From positions 14,356-46,355 of the forward strand of contig JAWAHN010000002.1 of assembly GCA_038889235.1 (NCBI GenBank): a stretch of DNA of 32,000 nucleotides, given 5' to 3'. Origin of the DNA: Candidatus Jordarchaeales archaeon. Lineage in GTDB: Archaea; Asgardarchaeota; Jordiarchaeia; Jordiarchaeales; Freyrarchaeaceae. The position numbers were made by a program, and so were the translations under genes. The notes under the pieces were generated by a model. That model worked only from the letters and a program-made list of their open reading frames with translations. It ran no database searches and was not told where the DNA came from. Within the stretch, counting starts at the first letter, position 1. Each line of letters begins with the position of its first letter. Of this stretch, positions 26,439 through 32,000 are shown in pieces.

Positions 26439-26550
26439 GCGGGGGTTGCCGAGCTGGTCAAAAAGTTGTTTGGGGTCAGAGACTAAAGGCGCCGGACTTA
26501 AGATCCGGTCCCGTAGGGGTTCGTGGGTTCGAATCCCACCCCCCGCACCA
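26439..26550 (+). tRNA. tRNA-Leu(UAA) with a 25-nt intron at 21/22 (26462-26486); CCA encoded
   Basis: Acceptor GCGGGGG/CCCCCGC-A-CCA, anticodon stem CCGGA/UCCGG with loop CUUAAGA, long variable arm, GGTTCGAATCCC. The insert forms a GGUC/GACU helix flanked by two AAA bulges. Confidence 0.95.
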
Positions 26551-26796
26551 CTTAGAATATCACTTCTTAGCATCCTAACGAAAAATTAAACGTTCCCGTC
26601 ACTCTCCTGTAAATTGTATCTTTGCGTCACCTTTTTCACAGCCTTTGGGCTCGAAAAGTTTTCCCGCTAACCTAAGGGTGATGCTTTAAGAGACGTGAAT
26701 GGCTTATCATCGGCTTATATCTCAAGCTGTGTGTGGAGGAACTTTAAAAAGGAGTTGCTGTTTGTCGTTTTTCATACACATTTACTGGGTGTTATC

Positions 26797-27978
26797 ATGG
26801 TTCGCAAGGTTGCTGTTGTAGGCTACGGGTGCCTAAAGATCGGCAAATATGGAGCCGAGCTTTCAGAGAACGAAATGGCGATTAAGGCGATAAAGTTGGC
26901 TTTGGAAGACGCTGGGATCTCAAAGGAGGACGTTGACGGTTTCGTCACAACTCCAAACTACCTTTTGACACTGGGCCTTCAGCTGTCTGTAGTCTCGGAG
27001 TACCTTAGGGTTTCGCCTAAGGTTGCGGCTGAGATCGCATGCGGCGGCATAGCTGCTGGTCTAGCGTTAAAACACGCGGTGAACGAAATAATGCTCGGCT
27101 ACGCTGACATCGTGGTTTGTTACGGCTCAGTTAAGGAGTCCATACGCTTCAAGAACATAGCGTTAATTGAACCAGGGATGGGCATTGAAATATACGACCC
27201 CGTTGTCCAACCCTACGCTGTGGCGGGCGTCATATGGGCTTATGCGTGCTCGGCTAGAAGGTACATGCACGAGTATGGCGCAACCGAAGAACACTTCGCT
27301 GCAGCCTGCGTGAGGGATAGGAATAACGCTAGATATAATCCCTGGGCGGCGTTCACCACTCCAATCACCGTTGAAGACGTATTAAAGTCCCCTGTCTTGT
27401 GTTCACCGTTAAAGCTCCTAGACTGCTCAGCTGCAAGAGATGGGGCTGCTGCAGTGATACTAGCGTCGGAAGAAAAAGCCCGAAAGATAACCGATACTCC
27501 AATATACATTGCTGGCATCGGGGAACATCACGACAATTCGAGCTTCATACCGACTGACAGCTGCGATAAACCTATAACATCATTCGTAGCTACTCGTGAA
27601 GCAGCCAGGCGAGCGTTAGACATGGCGAAGGTGGACGTTAACAACGTCGACGTAGCCGAACTTTACGCCCCCTTTAGCCCTCAAGAGCTCATGCTCCCAG
27701 AGGACATTGGATGGTTTAAGAAAGGAGAGATGGTTAAGGCGATAATGGACGGTTCCACAGAAATAGGTGGAAAAATTCCGATAAACACCGATGGCGGGCT
27801 CCTTTCTAGGGGGCATCCAGCCATGGTCACCCCCCTATACGAGGTAGTGAACATTGTGAGGCAGCTTAGGGGAGAAGCTGGGAAGCTTCAGGTGAGTGGC
27901 GCCGAGGTAGGTTTGATGCACTGTGAGGGAGGTATGCTCAACAACTGCATGGTTTTCATTTTCAGGAGAGGTGATTAA
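26797..27978 (+). CDS. Thiolase-family protein (SCP2-type / acetyl-CoA acyltransferase-like)
   Basis: VAVVGYG, IACGG, ARRYMHEYG, NARYNPWA, DCS...DGAAAVIL, INTDGGLLSRGHP. ATG 26797. Confidence 0.9.
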   Translation: MVRKVAVVGYGCLKIGKYGAELSENEMAIKAIKLALEDAGISKEDVDGFVTTPNYLLTLGLQLSVVSEYLRVSPKVAAEIACGGIAAGLALKHAVNEIMLGYADIVVCYGSVKESIRFKNIALIEPGMGIEIYDPVVQPYAVAGVIWAYACSARRYMHEYGATEEHFAAACVRDRNNARYNPWAAFTTPITVEDVLKSPVLCSPLKLLDCSAARDGAAAVILASEEKARKITDTPIYIAGIGEHHDNSSFIPTDSCDKPITSFVATREAARRALDMAKVDVNNVDVAELYAPFSPQELMLPEDIGWFKKGEMVKAIMDGSTEIGGKIPINTDGGLLSRGHPAMVTPLYEVVNIVRQLRGEAGKLQVSGAEVGLMHCEGGMLNNCMVFIFRRGD

Positions 27979-27979
27979 T

Positions 27980-28426
27980 GTGGCATATCACCCGGAAATA
28001 CTGTATCTTCAACCAAAGATCACAAGCGCGACGGCAAAATTCTGGGAGGGCCTGAAGAGCAGGAAGCTTCTAGCACCAGTGTGCAACGACTGCGGTGAAG
28101 TATTCTTCCCGCCAAGAGCGTTCTGTCCAAGATGCCTTTCAGAGAACTTAGGGTGGAGGGAACTCAGCGGCAAAGGGAAGCTTCACAGCTGGACAGAAGT
28201 CCACTATTTAGCCCCAAAACCTTACATACTCGGAGTCATAGACTTAGCGGAAGGCATAGGTAGAATGATCTCCAGAATTGAAGCGAAAAGTGATGAGCTA
28301 GAGATAGATATGCCAATGAAAATAGATTTCGTCGACGTTTCAGATAAACTCACCCTCTTCGTGTGGAAACCAGACAGGAGCAAAAGCAAAAACACCGAAA
28401 CAAAAAGCAGCCCTCAGCCACCTTGA
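27980..28426 (+). CDS. DUF35 Zn-ribbon/OB-fold protein (thiolase partner)
   Basis: FWEGLK, CNDCG..FFPPRAFCPRC, LSGKGKLHSWTEV, G..DLAEG. GTG 1 nt after the thiolase stop. Confidence 0.9.
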   Translation: MAYHPEILYLQPKITSATAKFWEGLKSRKLLAPVCNDCGEVFFPPRAFCPRCLSENLGWRELSGKGKLHSWTEVHYLAPKPYILGVIDLAEGIGRMISRIEAKSDELEIDMPMKIDFVDVSDKLTLFVWKPDRSKSKNTETKSSPQPP

Positions 28427-28879
28427 GTAAACCAAAACCCTTGCACGCTCAAAACAATTACCCCCAACCCCTGCCATCAGACTACTAAAACTTCCAAGTG
28501 CGTCGGCCTTACCCAAAAAAAAAGATTGCATGTGCTCGAAAAACAAGCGATAACTCCAAAAACTTCCTCAGTTGCTACAAACCCGATAAAAAGTTACCTA
28601 AACGCGCCAAAATGACGCCCACCTCAAATGACCACTAAGCGCTCCATAGAGCTCGAAGCCCTCAAGGCGGAAGTGCAGGCCGCTTAGAACGAGTTACACG
28701 TCATCCTTGTTCCGGCTCAGCGAAATCCCTGCTAACATAGTCCCCCGCGAGAAGTGAACTCGGCGACTGATGAAGGTCCTCAAACACTAAGCTTATAGGA
28801 ACAGAAGTTACGGGGGGCGCATCTAATGTCCCTAGGCAGGTTTTAGTGGAAGCAACCATTGTGCCTCAAATACTTGAAA

Positions 28880-30607
28880 TTATTTTCCTTGCGAAAGCAT
28901 GTCCACTATGGTTAACGCGAGCACTTTGGCTGCCTCTAGCACTTCCTTAATTGACACCCTTTCGTTCGGTTGGTGTTTTTGGCTCTCTTCGCCTGGCCCG
29001 AAGGAAACCGCAGGAATCCCGCTTAGCATGCACGCTTTCACCATCATGACTTCCCTATCGCTCGTCACTTGTGCCTCCTCTCCCGTTACCTCCTTAATGT
29101 TCTTCTTCAAGACCTGCACTAAAGGATGCTCCTGCTGCACTTCTGTCGGAGGCTCCAAGATGAGTGTTTCAACCGTTACCTCAATGCCCTTGTCTTCCCC
29201 CTCTGTGACCCTTATGGCGTCCATTAAGCGATTGAACACTTCCTCCTCTTTCACCGTTGGGGGATACCTTATATCTATTGTTGCCTCAGCCTTGTTTGGA
29301 TCAGCGCCAGCCACAAGCCCTCCCTGCACGTTGCATATCTCTACGCTCACGCCTCCCATGAGAGGGTGTGGTGTCACGTCGAATTTGATTTCCGATATCC
29401 TCGATAGGAGCTTTACTAACGCCTGTAGAGCATTTGCCCCCTTGTAAGACATGGACGCGTAAGTCGATCGGTTTTTACAAGTAACTTTAACCCGCAGCAC
29501 CCCTCTTTCCGCAACGCATATACACTTGCTTCTCGTGCTTCCTCCAACTATCGCGTAATCCGCCCTTAATTTCTCCTCTCTTAGAAGATACCTTATTCCG
29601 AGCTCCCCTGTCCTTTCTTCATCCGCCGTAGCTGCAAGCAACACGGTGCCATTAAGTTGAATGTTTAGCTTCTTGATTGCGCGGAGGGCTAGGAGCATGG
29701 AAGTTAGGGGGCCTTTAGCGTCCACGCACCCTCTCCCTATAACATAATCGTCCTTCACAGTAGCCCTGAAAGGCGGATATATCCAGCCGTTCCCTGGTAC
29801 TACAACGTCGAGGTGGGCGGCCAGCAAGATCCTGGGCTCTCCTTCCCCCATCTTACCTATAACGTTCGTTCTTCCCTCAACTTTCTCGTACACTTCTGTT
29901 TGCGCTCCGATCTTGTACAGCTCACTTAACACTATTTCCGCAGCGCTTCTTTCATTACCAGGAGGGTTAACCGACTGTGCGGACACGAGGTCTCTTAGTA
30001 GGTCAATGGCGTAGTCCTTATCTTCGTCCACGGCGTTGAGGAGCTGTTTTCTGACTTCCTCCGTTATAACCAATGGAGCTGCCTTCTTCGCTTCCTCCTT
30101 AATTCCTAGGACGAGCCTGGCGATGGCCGTGAATGCTTGGTCAACCATGTACCTCGTCTTCGCACTCGTTTCGAAGTACAATGCTCCAATCTTTCTTGCT
30201 ACGCGCTCTGCTTCATATCTTGGAACACGCCTTTCGTTAACTAGGTCGTGTTTGTTTCCCACAAGTATTACTGGAACCTTGCCACACACGCTCGTGAGCT
30301 CATCATACCACTTTTCAACGTTCTCGAAACTTTTCACATTGGTTAGGTCAAAAACTATTACTCCGCCCTTCGCCTCAGTGTAAAAAAACGAGCGAAGGTG
30401 AGCGAAGCTTGGCTGGCCACCCAAATCCCAAAGTTGCAACGTGACTATCTTGTTATCTAGTTCTATCTTGTAAGAGGCAAAGTCTGCTCCCAGCGTTGGG
30501 CGGTAACTGGTCGGAAAAACATTCCTTGTGAGCCTCAGAATAAGGCTTGTTTTCCCTACACCTCCATCGCCTATAACAACTATCTTGAAGACGTATTCTT
30601 CTTGCAT
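28880..30607 (-). CDS. Rab-like small GTPase fused to an M20 (ArgE/DapE-like) metallopeptidase domain
   Basis: N-terminus: GDGGVGKTS, TLGADF, WDLGGQ, NKHD, ETSAK. C-terminus: LVSAQSVNPPGNE, AHLDVV, GRGCVDAKG, ADEE, FGPG...H..NE. One continuous frame; ATG 30607. Confidence 0.9.
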   Translation of the reverse strand: MQEEYVFKIVVIGDGGVGKTSLILRLTRNVFPTSYRPTLGADFASYKIELDNKIVTLQLWDLGGQPSFAHLRSFFYTEAKGGVIVFDLTNVKSFENVEKWYDELTSVCGKVPVILVGNKHDLVNERRVPRYEAERVARKIGALYFETSAKTRYMVDQAFTAIARLVLGIKEEAKKAAPLVITEEVRKQLLNAVDEDKDYAIDLLRDLVSAQSVNPPGNERSAAEIVLSELYKIGAQTEVYEKVEGRTNVIGKMGEGEPRILLAAHLDVVVPGNGWIYPPFRATVKDDYVIGRGCVDAKGPLTSMLLALRAIKKLNIQLNGTVLLAATADEERTGELGIRYLLREEKLRADYAIVGGSTRSKCICVAERGVLRVKVTCKNRSTYASMSYKGANALQALVKLLSRISEIKFDVTPHPLMGGVSVEICNVQGGLVAGADPNKAEATIDIRYPPTVKEEEVFNRLMDAIRVTEGEDKGIEVTVETLILEPPTEVQQEHPLVQVLKKNIKEVTGEEAQVTSDREVMMVKACMLSGIPAVSFGPGEESQKHQPNERVSIKEVLEAAKVLALTIVDMLSQGK

Positions 30608-30737
30608 TATTTTTCCTCTCAACATTTGTGGAAAAAATATCAATTAGAATTAAGACTTCTCCTGCAATAGATTATAAACACCTTATTTGTTATAAAGTTT
30701 AGGTGTACTGCGTCAAACATGCTGCCTGCCGAAACGA

Positions 30738-31139
30738 CTAGAGGTACACAGTGAAACCACCACTCTTTCTGATATCTTTCACTCTGAATTTGGAAGCTCT
30801 AACGAGTTCCAGTGTTTCAGGATACCCTGCCTTTTCGCCGACTTCCTCCTCGGTGAACCATCCAAACTTCAGTCTTCCCTCGCCGCTCCTTCCCTCAACT
30901 TCACCTTTGAAAGCGAATATCACTGGAGATGACGGGTGGCAGACTTGTTGATAAATGCTCACAGTCCCCTCTATCCGCACATCGTACCCGGTCTCCTCCC
31001 TAACCTCGCGCCTTGCCGCCTCTGTGATTTCCTCTCCCTCTTCAACTCTTCCTCCGGGGAGAGCCCAGAATCCTTCCTTCTCCTCCACGAGAAGATATTT
31101 ACCCGAATGCTCAACAACGACGACAACCACCAGGCTCAA
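30738..31139 (-). CDS. NUDIX hydrolase
   Basis: Nudix box WALPGGRVEEGEEITEAARREVREETG. Confidence 0.9.
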   Translation of the reverse strand: MSLVVVVVVEHSGKYLLVEEKEGFWALPGGRVEEGEEITEAARREVREETGYDVRIEGTVSIYQQVCHPSSPVIFAFKGEVEGRSGEGRLKFGWFTEEEVGEKAGYPETLELVRASKFRVKDIRKSGGFTVYL

Positions 31140-31256
31140 CGCGCCTCACGCCCACTTGCCAACTTCTGGGCACAACATATTTATGTGCCCTTTTCATGTC
31201 ATCGCTAGATAGTTGTCGGAAGGCTCGTCTGCTGAAAAATTGGCGGAGGACGAGCA

Positions 31257-32000
31257 GTGCTCGACGTTATAATCGTTGGGGCAGGACCTGCTGGGCTTGC
31301 AGCTGCGGCATTCACTGCAAGAAAAAAACTTAAAACTCTTGTGCTTGAAGCTGCCTCAACGGCAGGGGGTAAACCTGTCCTTCTCTATGCAAACAAAAAG
31401 GTCGATGACTTCATAGGTTTCCCTGACGGAGTCACAGGGCTCGAAATAGGGCAAGCCCTTGAACGCCACGCCAGGAGGTTCGGAGCCGAAATTAAGTGCA
31501 ATTCAAGGGTCGTAGACATATGTAGGACTGAAAATGGTTTCGTGGTAAAGGATGAAAACGGCGCAGAGTATTATGCTAAAGCTGTTATAATTGCTTTCGG
31601 TGTCCAGCCGCTTACCCACGCCGGTGTCAAGGGGGAAGACCTGTTTAAAGGTAGAGGGGTAAGGTACATTCTAGATGACGTTTCAGAGGTTAAGGGGAAG
31701 CGTGTCATAGTTGTTGGGGGCGGAGAAACTGCGGTCGAGACTGCGCTAAGAGCCAGCGGAGTTGCAGCTTCGGTCACACTAGTCCATAGGCGTAACATGC
31801 TGAGGGCTGATGAGTCCACAGTGGAACAATTAGTTGGTAGGGTCAAAGTTCTCTATGACACCATAGTTGAGGAATTAAGGGGGAATGGGTGGGTAAGAGA
31901 AGTCGTGACACTAAATTTGGAGACCGGGGAGAGACAAACGGTGGCCGCTGACGAAGTTATTTTTTGCGTAGGTCACAGCCCAGAAACGAACCTTTTATCT
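31257..32000 (+). CDS. TrxB-like flavoprotein lacking CxxC (probable ferredoxin/flavodoxin-NADP+ reductase); 3' end runs off the window
   Basis: Not in the ORF track. From GTG 31257 (GGAGG SD): VLDVIIVGAGPAGLAAA...GGKPVLLYANKKVDDFIGFP...GRGVRYILDD...VVGGGETA...VHRR. Confidence 0.8.
   Translation, partial: MLDVIIVGAGPAGLAAAAFTARKKLKTLVLEAASTAGGKPVLLYANKKVDDFIGFPDGVTGLEIGQALERHARRFGAEIKCNSRVVDICRTENGFVVKDENGAEYYAKAVIIAFGVQPLTHAGVKGEDLFKGRGVRYILDDVSEVKGKRVIVVGGGETAVETALRASGVAASVTLVHRRNMLRADESTVEQLVGRVKVLYDTIVEELRGNGWVREVVTLNLETGERQTVAADEVIFCVGHSPETNLLS

Noticed and set aside
26476-26485. TCAGAGACTA in the tRNA-Leu intron resembling a group I intron R element
   Set aside because: The intron is only 25 nt and has BHB geometry; there are no P, Q or S elements, so this is coincidence.
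28470-28780. Hammerhead ribozyme (CTGATGA at 28767-28773), group I core (GACTA/TAGTC), C/D box sRNA, or fluoride/TPP riboswitch in the intergenic region
   Set aside because: The required flanking stems and partner motifs (GAAA-stem III-UH, correct P7 register, paired C and D boxes) could not be built.

Overview
Archaeal chromosomal window, most likely from a thermophilic Asgard-type archaeon. This is inferred from two ESCRT-III paralogs, two Rab-like GTPase domains, eS26/eS28/eL24 and a GC-rich archaeal 16S; the lineage cannot be fixed without a 16S search. Most of the window is housekeeping (uL2/uL3/uL4, LeuA/CimA, TrxB, Nnr, agmatinase, NDK, RpiA, GGR, TrmY), plus a stand-alone 16S rRNA gene with its own bulge-helix-bulge processing stem. 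The best candidates for undescribed biology are: (1) an ESCRT-IIIA / multidomain HerA-FtsK ATPase / ESCRT-IIIB cluster with no Vps4 in view; (2) an MtrA-MtrH fusion translationally coupled to a tandem, subfunctionalised thymidylate-synthase-fold protein with an Asn177-to-Asp (cytidylate-type) specificity residue; (3) a Rab-like GTPase fused to an M20 metallopeptidase lacking a metal ligand; (4) two divergent tRNAs carrying three introns, one apparently at position 8/9 with a leader copy of the acceptor strand; (5) a mirror-image A/C versus G/T strand skew centred on the 16S gene. No CRISPR array or mobile element was recognised. All family calls are by motif recognition only; no searches were run, so novelty is unverified.
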